From an uncultured Myxococcaceae bacterium (lineage in GTDB: Bacteria > Myxococcota_A > UBA9160), in the NCBI GenBank assembly GCA_964505355.1, contig CAZDHU010000035.1:2002-66001 (forward strand): a stretch of 64,000 bases of DNA. The letters are read 5' to 3'. The notes under the pieces were generated by a model. It was not told the DNA's origin, did not search any database, and saw only the letters and a list, made by a program, of their open reading frames with translations. Every line of letters starts with the position of its first letter. The stretch's first letter is position 1. The translations under genes and the position numbers were made by a program. Positions 7,398-15,925 of the stretch are shown here, piece by piece.

Positions 7398-9017
7398 TCA
7401 AGCGCCCCCCGCGCTCTCCAGCCCGGCGAGCTCGACGGCATCCGCCGCTGCAGGCTTCGGCCCCGTCTCGCCGGCGAGTTCGGATTTCGGTGGTGAATCG
7501 CGCTCGGCCGGCGGTGCGTTCGGCGTGACGCCCTCCGTGTCAGGCGTTTCGATCGCCTGTCCCTCGTCCCGGGCGGCGAGATCGACCAGCCGCTCGCGAA
7601 GCGACGACTCCGTCTCTCCGGTCAAGACCAGTGCGCCGAGCGCGTGATCTCCGATTCGATCGAAACGCAGATCGATGGGGCCCGTCTCGTGATGCACGGC
7701 GAACCATCGTTCGTCACCGCCACGAAGCCAGCGATGGAGATGGTCGGGAACTCGCGTGGTCCGGCGCAGCAGGTTGTAGCGCCCGACCACGTCGACGAGG
7801 TCGATTCGGGTCTCCATCCGCCACGGCTTCGCGATCGTCGATGCAACGTGCTCGAGCCTCTGCTCTTCGCGCTGCTCGCGATCGGCCCGGGTTCGACGAC
7901 GCCCGAGCCCGCGCAGCCACCCCCTCCGCGCCCCGGCCGCCAGCGAAGCGTCGAGTTCGAAGCGCGTCTTCGCGGAAGCCGCGGCGCGGTCGTCGCGAAT
8001 CACGCGCGCGACGAGGCTGCGCGAGATCGGACCGCGCACGGCGTGGAGACCTCCATCGAAGGCCCAGATTTCGTATCCATCCTTCCGCGCCTCGATCCGG
8101 CGCGGTTCGGCGGCGTCACCGGCTGCGAGCGTCGGCCCCCAGGACGCCGGCACCGAACGCCCGCGCTCGCGACGCAGCCACGAGTCGAACGCGCGCGCGC
8201 GCGCCGACAGAAACTCCCGAAGCCAGCGTTCGAAATCGGCTGGACAGCGGACGGAGTCCCCGACGAAGGCGGGTTCATCGAGACGAAGCAGGGCGGTATC
8301 GACGTCCGTGCGCACGCCGAGGAAGGAGAACACGCCGTCGATGGCGCTTCGCGGATCGGTCTCGACGTCTTCCAGAAAACCGACGTGAATCTGCGAAGAA
8401 TGAAACACCGACGAGAGCCGTTCGAGCAGTCCGAGCGGGTCGACGGCCGTGAGCATCACGTCCGAGAGCGCGGCCGCGCAGAGCGCGCGTTCCTCGAGAT
8501 TTCCAATCGAACAGTCGGCATCCGCAAAGGGAGCTTCGCGCCAGCGACAGGCATGACGAATCAGCGACCACATGTGGTCGACGGGCTCGCGCAACCAGAC
8601 GATCCAACGAACGTCCGGTCGGAGTTCTCGGATGGTGCGCAACGCGGTGCGAGGAAGTCCGGCATTCGGCGTCGCATCGCCGCGACACGTCGAACTCACT
8701 CCCGCGAAGTGATCGAGATACCGGTCGACGCCGTGTTCGCGCCAGCCCGTGTCGAAGTAGTGCAGTTCTTTTTCTCGAGGCAGATGGACGTCCGGATGAC
8801 GGCGCAGAACGTCGGCCAGCCAGGTGGTGCCGGTCTTACCGGGAGACGCGAAGAGAAATTCGGGAAATAACGATTCGCGTCCACGCGGGATCCGTCCGAT
8901 CCGTTGCGCGTATCGAGCCCAGAGCCAGTGCTCGTTCGGGTACAGGGGCTCGGGCTCGCCTCGAGTCGAGGACGTCCCGGGATCGGCATCGTCGTATTCG
9001 GACGCCCCGCGCTTCAT
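7398..9017 (-). CDS. Canonical sulfotransferase domain fused to a ~250-aa C-terminal domain of unknown function
   Basis: 539 aa from ATG 9015-9017 (MKRGASEY...). 5'-PSB loop SPGKTGTTWL and 3'-PB motif WLREPVDHMWSL. The C-terminal half carries two copies of a Y-(N/E)-hydrophobic ... aromatic-aromatic-(A/G)-(V/L) module that also occurs in the adjacent radical SAM protein. Confidence 0.8.
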   Translation of the reverse strand: MKRGASEYDDADPGTSSTRGEPEPLYPNEHWLWARYAQRIGRIPRGRESLFPEFLFASPGKTGTTWLADVLRRHPDVHLPREKELHYFDTGWREHGVDRYLDHFAGVSSTCRGDATPNAGLPRTALRTIRELRPDVRWIVWLREPVDHMWSLIRHACRWREAPFADADCSIGNLEERALCAAALSDVMLTAVDPLGLLERLSSVFHSSQIHVGFLEDVETDPRSAIDGVFSFLGVRTDVDTALLRLDEPAFVGDSVRCPADFERWLREFLSARARAFDSWLRRERGRSVPASWGPTLAAGDAAEPRRIEARKDGYEIWAFDGGLHAVRGPISRSLVARVIRDDRAAASAKTRFELDASLAAGARRGWLRGLGRRRTRADREQREEQRLEHVASTIAKPWRMETRIDLVDVVGRYNLLRRTTRVPDHLHRWLRGGDERWFAVHHETGPIDLRFDRIGDHALGALVLTGETESSLRERLVDLAARDEGQAIETPDTEGVTPNAPPAERDSPPKSELAGETGPKPAAADAVELAGLESAGGA

Positions 9018-9028
9018 CCCTGCACGCG

Positions 9029-12000
9029 TCAGGCGACGGGCAAAGACTTCGACTGTGACGCGAGAAGCTCGCGAATCTCTCCTTCGACGACGTCTCGCGA
9101 GACGTCTCGCACGACGCCCGGCATCTCCATCACGTCGACGGTCTGCAAGTCGAGGGAGCCGAGTGACTGCGGAAGCCCGTAGAACCAGCCCTCGAACTCG
9201 ACCACGTTGTAGTCGCCCACCGCGCAAACGAGACGCGGCGCCGACGAGCGACCGGACGCGCCCGCCGACTCGCTCGCGAGCCGATCGCGTCCTTTCGCGC
9301 GCTCGCCGCGAAGCCTCGAATAGACGCCCGCGGCGAGCCGGCGGATCTGACGCCGCACACCGTCCGCCGCGGACCCCGTCTCCTCGCCGGATTCGATCCG
9401 TTCGACGATCTCTCGCATCGCGCGCGCGGTCAGCACGCCCGGCAACGCGTCGACCGGCTCTTCGCCCCAGCGAACCGCGCCGCACGCATGAGGCACGCCG
9501 TAGTAGACACCGTCGTACTTCACGATGTTGTACGAACCCATGGTCCGCAGGAGCTCGGGGTTCGCGCCGCGGGTCACGACGGACACGAGCTCGAGCCGGC
9601 CTTCGAGATCCACGCTCGATGCTTCGGTCAGGCCGAGTGACGCGACCTCCGCGCCGAGCACGCTCGCGAGCGCATCGCGATCGATCACGAAGCGTTCATC
9701 GCCGAGACGAATCACACCGACGCGCGGCGCGGTGCGACCCGGCTCTTGCTCCGGCCACGCGCTGTCGGCGCGAAACTGCCCGGCACCCGCGAGCGCCGAG
9801 TCCACGCCGGCCGGGCCATCCGATTCGTACTCCCCCATCGGATTGAGCGTCGGCTGGCTGACCGGTGCCGCATCCCGCCCGTTCGTGTCTCCCCGCACGT
9901 CGACACCACCCTCGAGCGACGGTCCTTCGCACGCCGAGGCGGCGACCGCGTTCCGATCGAGGCCGGACGCGTCGGACTCGTGTTCCGGCACCGCCGGGTG
10001 GGTTCCGCGCGGACGTCCCTGCTCGTCGAAATTGGGGTCGTTCTGCTCGGACATGCCGGAGCGGCTCGGATCTTTCGCCGTCTCCACGACGTCGATGATC
10101 TTCGATGCCCAGGCGCCGACGTCGAAGCCGTTGTCACGCAACGCGTGGACGATCCGGGCAAAGCGCCGCTTGCGAACGTCGACGTCGATGAACGGGTTCT
10201 CGCTGTGCCAGAGATTCGCGGGCATCGCGCGAGGAAACCGTTCGTAGAGCGCTTCTCTGGGTTCGTGGAACACGATTCCGTGCTTCTCGGGCTCCAGCCA
10301 GTAGACGCTCCCATTCACCATGATCAGCGGGTTGATGTTCGCGAGACGCCCGATCCACGGTTTGCAGCGCACGATCAGATCGATCGATTCGTCGACGTCG
10401 GTCTCGGTCTCGCCGGGAACCCCGATCACCCAGTTCACTTCCGTGTAGATGCCGGCCTGCCAGCAATCGCGCAGATTCTGCTCCACGTCTTCGGTCGTGT
10501 ACCCCTTCTTTTGCATGCGAAGCGTATTCGCACTGAACGCGTCGACGCCGAATCGAAGCGCGACGAAACCCGCCTCGCGCAACTTCCGAAAGAACGCGGC
10601 ATCGCTCTTCTTGTGAATCCGAAGCTGCCCCGTCAGTCGTACGTTCAGTCCGCGACGAATGATTTCGTCACAGATCTCCAGCACCACCTCCGGCATCCCG
10701 TTCAGGTCGCTCTCGTTGAACATGAAGAGATGACAGCCCTGGGACGTCAGCCATTCCAGCTCGTCCACGAACACGCTCGGCGAGTGGATCCGCCAGAGAA
10801 AACGCTCCGCGCAGAACGTGCAGCGCGACCAGCGACAACCGCGGCTCGCGAGCACCGGTGTCAGCTGGTATCCGTCGAAGTTTCGATACAGATCGAGGTC
10901 GAACCACTCGTACCTGGGAAACTCGAGCAGGTCGAGGTTGTGCGGCATGGGCCCCGGCACGAACGTCCAGTCGGGGTCGTCGAAGCGCGACAGGACACCG
11001 GGTTGATTCTTCGGCCGCTCGCCGCGGGCGAGCGCTTCGATCAGCGGCCCCACGGTGAGATCGGCTTCCGAGATGCACATGAAGTCGGCTTCGGGGAACG
11101 CGCGCCGACCGACGCTCGCGTGGTAACAGCTGAATCCGCCGACGACGATGACGGTGTCGGGCAGGCGCGCCTTCACCCCGTTCACGACTTCTCGCGAGAA
11201 TCTCTCGCTGCACTCCTGAATCGAAAGTCCGAGCACCTTCGGAGCCGCGCGCACGATTTCGTCGACGATCTCGTCGATCTCCGGACGGAACCATTCGATC
11301 ACCGCGGGATCTGCCCACGTGTCGTAGTGTTCGGCCTTCCACGGATCGACGGGCAGTTCTCGACCGTTCGGGAGCACGGTCCGTCCGCCCTGGTCGAAGA
11401 GGCGACGGACGTGGAATCGGTGATAGATCACGGTGTCGAGGTCGAAGGTCTGCCAGCTGACGCCGGTCTTCTTCAACGCGTTGTGCACGTACCCGATGCC
11501 GTTCGGCATCAGGCCGAGGTTTCGCGCCGGGCAGTCGATCAGCAGCAGGTCGAGGCCGGGACGAAACTCGATCGGCGGAATCTCGATCGGATAAATGATC
11601 TCACGCGACCACGGCGTCCACGCGTGTGCGGGAATCGATTCGAGCGAAATTTCAGGCAGCACTTCGGGATCGATCACGCGCAGGCGCGGTTCCAGGCGGG
11701 CGCGCATGCGCCAGCGAGCGAGTGTCCGCGTCTCGGCGAGGAACACCGTCTGCACCTCGTCCGGCAGGCGGGCGGGAGGAATCTCGGCGAGGGCCGCGAG
11801 GGCGGGTACCGGGCCGTCGGCACCGGCATCGACGATCCGCCAGCGAACGTGGCGAACGAGGTCCGGAGTTTCTCGAACCAGCGCGGCGAGAAACTCCGCG
11901 TTTCCCCACAGCGCGAGCCCCGGCACCTGCAGGAGATGTTCGCCGAGTCGCCGCAGCGGTTCGCGTTCGGCGGGATCCCCGGCAAGACGCAGGCACTGGT

Positions 12001-12085
12001 GAGGACTGAATCGCACCAGCGTACCGTCGACGGAAAACGGCCGACCCCGGTGACGGAGTGTCAGCGTGCTCGGACGTCGTTCCAT
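9029..12085 (-). CDS. B12-binding-domain radical SAM protein with N- and C-terminal extensions
   Basis: 1018 aa from ATG 12083-12085, preceded by GGGAGC SD. GTG at 12109 is an alternative start. The cluster motif is GCRWSRCTFC (CX4CX2C), verified on the nucleotide sequence at 10811-10837. A B12-binding-like Rossmann region lies upstream, and a ~330-aa C-terminal tail carries two YN(I/V)V..(Y/F).G.(Y/F)YG(V/L)P repeats. Confidence 0.85.
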   Translation of the reverse strand: MERRPSTLTLRHRGRPFSVDGTLVRFSPHQCLRLAGDPAEREPLRRLGEHLLQVPGLALWGNAEFLAALVRETPDLVRHVRWRIVDAGADGPVPALAALAEIPPARLPDEVQTVFLAETRTLARWRMRARLEPRLRVIDPEVLPEISLESIPAHAWTPWSREIIYPIEIPPIEFRPGLDLLLIDCPARNLGLMPNGIGYVHNALKKTGVSWQTFDLDTVIYHRFHVRRLFDQGGRTVLPNGRELPVDPWKAEHYDTWADPAVIEWFRPEIDEIVDEIVRAAPKVLGLSIQECSERFSREVVNGVKARLPDTVIVVGGFSCYHASVGRRAFPEADFMCISEADLTVGPLIEALARGERPKNQPGVLSRFDDPDWTFVPGPMPHNLDLLEFPRYEWFDLDLYRNFDGYQLTPVLASRGCRWSRCTFCAERFLWRIHSPSVFVDELEWLTSQGCHLFMFNESDLNGMPEVVLEICDEIIRRGLNVRLTGQLRIHKKSDAAFFRKLREAGFVALRFGVDAFSANTLRMQKKGYTTEDVEQNLRDCWQAGIYTEVNWVIGVPGETETDVDESIDLIVRCKPWIGRLANINPLIMVNGSVYWLEPEKHGIVFHEPREALYERFPRAMPANLWHSENPFIDVDVRKRRFARIVHALRDNGFDVGAWASKIIDVVETAKDPSRSGMSEQNDPNFDEQGRPRGTHPAVPEHESDASGLDRNAVAASACEGPSLEGGVDVRGDTNGRDAAPVSQPTLNPMGEYESDGPAGVDSALAGAGQFRADSAWPEQEPGRTAPRVGVIRLGDERFVIDRDALASVLGAEVASLGLTEASSVDLEGRLELVSVVTRGANPELLRTMGSYNIVKYDGVYYGVPHACGAVRWGEEPVDALPGVLTARAMREIVERIESGEETGSAADGVRRQIRRLAAGVYSRLRGERAKGRDRLASESAGASGRSSAPRLVCAVGDYNVVEFEGWFYGLPQSLGSLDLQTVDVMEMPGVVRDVSRDVVEGEIRELLASQSKSLPVA

Positions 12086-12136
12086 GTCCGGGCTCCCTTC
12101 CCGACGCACGCGACGCAGGACGTCGGGCGCGCGTCT

Positions 12137-12589
12137 CTAGAGTGCGACGTCGACCAGAGCAGATCCCCGCAACGCATCGACGCCGTCGAGAATCTCGTGA
12201 ACCTGCCAGCTCGCTGCACGATCGGACTTCGCTGCGATCTCGGCTGCGATCGCCGTTTCTCCAAAGGCCGGGATCACGATCACCGGCTTCCCGTGCTTGC
12301 GAGCCAGTTCGAACTCGAGCTCGAGCCACTTCCGCGAACTCGCCTGCGCCCACACGCTGGCGAGCGCGATCACCGCATGAACCGGAACGATCTGCGCTTC
12401 GAGCCATCGTCGCACGAACGTTCCTCCGTCCGCGCTGTTCGCACTCACCGCCGGGTCGTGCCAGGGCACACTGAAGTTCCGCCACTGCAGACCGGGCTCC
12501 GCATCGAACAGCGCGACGAGCCGATTCCAGTCGTCGTGATAGCGCCATGCATGCGTGATGAAGAGGTCGTATCGCGGTCGCGCCGTCAC
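12137..12589 (-). CDS. TIR-like domain protein (DUF1863/MTH538-type, ThsB-like fold)
   Basis: 150 aa from GTG 12587-12589 with a strong GGAGG SD 5-6 nt upstream. N-terminal YDLFITHAW, then SRKWLELEFELARKHGKPVIVI, a typical TIR-like layout. Embedded between the YfhO-like and radical SAM genes with 34- and 51-nt gaps. Confidence 0.75.
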   Translation of the reverse strand: MTARPRYDLFITHAWRYHDDWNRLVALFDAEPGLQWRNFSVPWHDPAVSANSADGGTFVRRWLEAQIVPVHAVIALASVWAQASSRKWLELEFELARKHGKPVIVIPAFGETAIAAEIAAKSDRAASWQVHEILDGVDALRGSALVDVAL

Positions 12590-12623
12590 GGTCTCCTCCC
12601 TCGACTGGACGTCCGGGCGCAGT

Positions 12624-15320
12624 TCACACTAGCTCACGCGACTTCGCCTGGCGTCGCCGCGAATCGACGAATGCGAACGCCCCGAGCGCCGCACAGGTGG
12701 CCAGCAGTCCGGCTCCCGACAGGCGCTTGCCTCGCGCCAGCGCCGGCGGCGAATACCACAGCTCGAGTCGTCGGGCTCCGGCCGGAATCCCGATCGCCAT
12801 GAATGCGAAATCGGCCCGCATCACCGCTTGCTCCGCACCGTCGACCGACGCGTGCCACCCCGGGTCGAACACGTCACCGAAGAACACGATCGTCGGAGCG
12901 ACGCCGCCGACGGGAATCACGATCCGGTCGCTCGTGAGCTCGTCGAAGGCGAGATCGATCGCTCGGCCGCTCGTCGCAGCGACACCGCCCGGGGGGTCTC
13001 GATCGAGAACGAGCCGGCGCAATGGATCGAAGTCCAAATCCGTCAGCCTCCGGAGCGCGTCTTCGTCCCCGGGAATCACTTCGAAGTCCGAGCAGGCGAC
13101 GAATCGGGAGAGCGCGCCCGGGCGGCGCTGAACCTGCCCGCGCGAGACTCCCTCGAACCCCGCGCCGAGCAGATCGAGCAGGCGCGGATCGTTCACCTCG
13201 GGCGTCATCGCGCCCGGGCCGAAGGGTGGATTCGGCTCGAACGCGGACACGAGTCGCGACAGGCGTTCGCCTCGGAGCGAGTTCACGCCACCCATCGAGC
13301 GGATCCCGTGAACCGTGAAGACGTTTCCCTGAAACTCTTCGGCGGCGATCCCGAGCGCGACGTGGGGTCGGTTGACGCGCCATCGTGCGAGATCGGAGGC
13401 GGACAGGTCGAAGGTCGCCGTCTCTCCGCGAGAGCGATCGATCTTACCGGGACGCCAGAACGGTTCGGTGATCACGTGCTGATACTCGCGGTTCGCCGGC
13501 GCGAGGTCGGCGAACAGCACGAGCCCGAGCGTCACGACGAACGCTTCGGAGCCGATTCTCCCCGTACGCAGGGCGCCGAGCGCGGGCACCAGAACCGCCG
13601 TGACGAGCAGCAGCCGGCCGACTCCGAGCAGCGCCAGCAGCGCCGCATTCGGCAGCGTCGGATGCGCCCCTTCCGGTAAGGGGATCACCATCACCACCAT
13701 CACCAGCCCGAGCGCCAGCCAGCGGAGCCTCCCTGCGATCCGCTCTCTTCCGGACGAAGCGTCGAGCAGAGATCGCCAGAGCAGAAGGATCGCAGCGATG
13801 CTCGTCTGGATCAGCACGAACGAGCAAACGAAGAGATCGTCTCTCCAGCCGGCGAACCATGCGACGATCCCGACCACGACGGCGTCGATGCCCACGGCGC
13901 ACCAGACCGCGAGCGGACGCCCGAGCAGCGAACTCACCGACGACGGACGCACGAAGACCAGCGCCGCCGCCGCGAGCGCGAGCAGCACGACGCATGCGAC
14001 GGGATGGATCGCCTCGGGCCTCAGATAGAACCACGGAACGGCGCTCGCACCGGCAGCGAGCAGCGCGCATGCCGCGAGAACGCGCACGGGGTCTCCGAAG
14101 GCGCCGGGCTCGTCGATCGCCGTCCGGAGCGCGGACGCGAACGCTCCCAGCAGCGCCACCGGAACCAGAAGACGCGGAATGATCGCATGGATGTAGGGAA
14201 AGAAGAGCGTCCAGATCAAATCGGCAAACGGGCGCACGGACAGAAACCAGACCGTCGCCGCGACGAAGAACGCAGGCCAGAACGGACGCATCCCGCGGCG
14301 CCGGCGCGCGAGTGCGAGCAGGACGAGCAGCATCGTCGCCGCCCCGGCGTACGGATGGCCGTCGATCTGATGATGCTGCACGGGTTCCCACCAGACGTAG
14401 TGCTGCAACAACCGCTTTGCGGTCTCGATCTGAATGCCGAGCGCCTCGGGAACCAGCGCTGTGACGCCGTACAACGGATCGTTCATGTGGCCGCCGAACG
14501 CGTGGTGAAACGAATCGGTGAAAACGCGATCTCCGCCGTGCAGCGCACCCGCGATCGGAAGCAGCCGAATCATCGCGACCAGCAGAGCGCAGACGAACGC
14601 GGTCCCGGCGATCCACGCCAGTGCGTTCCGGGGCCAGCGTCCGAGCTCGGCAGGGTTCAGTCGGTAGACGACGAGAATCCCGAGGGCGAGCAGGATTCCC
14701 GCGCCGTACACCACGTTCCCGGTCGTCAGTACGATCAGAATCGAACACCAGACGGCGAGAAACGTTCGCCAGAGGGCGCGGCGATCGATCGTCCAGATCG
14801 CGGCCAGCGCGCCGTAGAGCGCCACGTGGAGCGTCAGACACGCGTAGGTGGTGACCGCGAAGAACGCGTTGGTCCCGATCTGGGCGGTCAGCGCCGCGAG
14901 AAGTGCGACCGGGCGACTGCCGAACTCTTCGCGAAGAAACGCCCATGCGAATCGTCCGAGAAGCCACGTTTCGATCGCCACGCGGAGATGAAAGCCCCAC
15001 TTGAACCAGCCGCGCGGCAACAGGAAGAGCGGCCAGGATGCAGGCGAGTAGAGAAAATTGTGGGTGCTCCCGGAGAAATCGATTCCGCCGAGAAGCTGCG
15101 GATTCCACAGCCCCCATCCTCCGCGACGAAGCTCGGCGGCCGTGAACAGGTGATTGGGAAAGATCGCGAACCAGTTGTCGGTGCTCCCGACCAGCGCTTT
15201 TCCCTGAAGCAGCGGCGGGAGGTAGATCAGGCACGCCGTCGCGAGGAAGAACCACGTCGCGCTGCGATCGGGTCGCGCGAGCAGGCGCTCGCGAAGCCGG
15301 GAAGTGACGCCGGCCGTCAC
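12624..15320 (-). CDS. Large polytopic membrane protein, YfhO/GT-C-like glycosyltransferase
   Basis: 898 aa from GTG 15318-15320 (GTGA overlap with the gmhB stop). More than 12 predicted hydrophobic helices followed by a ~230-aa soluble C-terminal domain and a final TM segment. The N-terminal region resembles the YfhO family. The family call is by eye only. Confidence 0.65.
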   Translation of the reverse strand: MTAGVTSRLRERLLARPDRSATWFFLATACLIYLPPLLQGKALVGSTDNWFAIFPNHLFTAAELRRGGWGLWNPQLLGGIDFSGSTHNFLYSPASWPLFLLPRGWFKWGFHLRVAIETWLLGRFAWAFLREEFGSRPVALLAALTAQIGTNAFFAVTTYACLTLHVALYGALAAIWTIDRRALWRTFLAVWCSILIVLTTGNVVYGAGILLALGILVVYRLNPAELGRWPRNALAWIAGTAFVCALLVAMIRLLPIAGALHGGDRVFTDSFHHAFGGHMNDPLYGVTALVPEALGIQIETAKRLLQHYVWWEPVQHHQIDGHPYAGAATMLLVLLALARRRRGMRPFWPAFFVAATVWFLSVRPFADLIWTLFFPYIHAIIPRLLVPVALLGAFASALRTAIDEPGAFGDPVRVLAACALLAAGASAVPWFYLRPEAIHPVACVVLLALAAAALVFVRPSSVSSLLGRPLAVWCAVGIDAVVVGIVAWFAGWRDDLFVCSFVLIQTSIAAILLLWRSLLDASSGRERIAGRLRWLALGLVMVVMVIPLPEGAHPTLPNAALLALLGVGRLLLVTAVLVPALGALRTGRIGSEAFVVTLGLVLFADLAPANREYQHVITEPFWRPGKIDRSRGETATFDLSASDLARWRVNRPHVALGIAAEEFQGNVFTVHGIRSMGGVNSLRGERLSRLVSAFEPNPPFGPGAMTPEVNDPRLLDLLGAGFEGVSRGQVQRRPGALSRFVACSDFEVIPGDEDALRRLTDLDFDPLRRLVLDRDPPGGVAATSGRAIDLAFDELTSDRIVIPVGGVAPTIVFFGDVFDPGWHASVDGAEQAVMRADFAFMAIGIPAGARRLELWYSPPALARGKRLSGAGLLATCAALGAFAFVDSRRRQAKSRELV

Positions 15321-15925
15321 CGGAGCGCGGCCTCGGTGTCGACGATGGTCCGAACGGCATCGGCCAGATCGCGTGCCCGGAGCGTCGGCCGATGGGTCTC
15401 CGATCGTTCCGCCGGATGATCGGGGTCGACGAGGATCGTCCGGGTACCGGCGCGCGTTCCACATTCGACGTCGGTCGCGCGGTCACCGATCATCCAGCAG
15501 TACGAGAGTTCCAGTCCGAGATCGAGGGCCGCTCGGCACAGGAAATGGGGAGACGGCTTGCGACACTCGCAGACGCCACTCCACTCCGGCACGACCCCGT
15601 TCGGATGATGAAAGCAGTAGAAGCTCGCATCGAGTCCGATGCCCGCGGTCCCGAGTTCGTGCTCCAGTCGCTCGTGCACCGCCCGCAGCGACGCGAGCGA
15701 CGTCTTCCCCTTCGCGTGGCTCGGCTGGTTCGAGACGACGACGAGCTTCCAACCGTCACGCCGAAGCGCTGCGAGCGCCTCCTTCACCCCATCGTGGAGC
15801 ACGAGATCTCCGGGCTCGCGCGGCGATTCCCATTCGCGCGACGAGGCGTACCAGACGTTACGGTTCAGCACCCCGTCCCGATCGAGAAACACCGCGCGAC
15901 GTCGACTCAACGCACGGATTCCCAT
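15317..15925 (-). CDS. gmhB: D-glycero-D-manno-heptose 1,7-bisphosphate phosphatase (HAD-IIIA)
   Basis: 202 aa. HAD motif I FLDRDGVLN, motif II VVVSNQ, CxHxxxxxCxCRKP zinc-binding loop (CFHHP...CECRKP), and GDRATD. Confidence 0.85.
   Translation of the reverse strand: MGIRALSRRRAVFLDRDGVLNRNVWYASSREWESPREPGDLVLHDGVKEALAALRRDGWKLVVVSNQPSHAKGKTSLASLRAVHERLEHELGTAGIGLDASFYCFHHPNGVVPEWSGVCECRKPSPHFLCRAALDLGLELSYCWMIGDRATDVECGTRAGTRTILVDPDHPAERSETHRPTLRARDLADAVRTIVDTEAALR

Noticed and set aside
6826-7401. Annotating the APS-kinase-fold gene as cysC of assimilatory sulfate reduction
   Set aside because: There is no cysD/cysN/cysH nearby. The gene is overlapped (ATGA) with the PEP-utiliser-type kinase and followed by the amidotransferase and nucleotidyltransferase, which is the Cj1415-1418 constellation. 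A genuine PAPS role feeding the adjacent sulfotransferases cannot be fully excluded from sequence alone.
12137-12589. Calling the TIR-like gene a Thoeris anti-phage system
   Set aside because: No ThsA-type (SIR2/Macro-SLOG) effector or any other defence gene is adjacent. The gene sits inside a biosynthetic operon. It is kept only as an orphan TIR-like observation.
9746-12802. 1018-aa plus-strand ORF opposite the radical SAM gene
   Set aside because: It is antisense to a protein with an intact radical SAM cluster motif and B12 domain. Its composition is Arg/Val/Asp-rich without any recognisable domain.
13444-15486. 680-aa minus-strand ORF overlapping the YfhO-like gene in another frame
   Set aside because: It is extremely Arg-rich (RRxR runs) with no hydrophobic segments. 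The competing frame encodes a coherent polytopic membrane protein whose start overlaps the gmhB stop.
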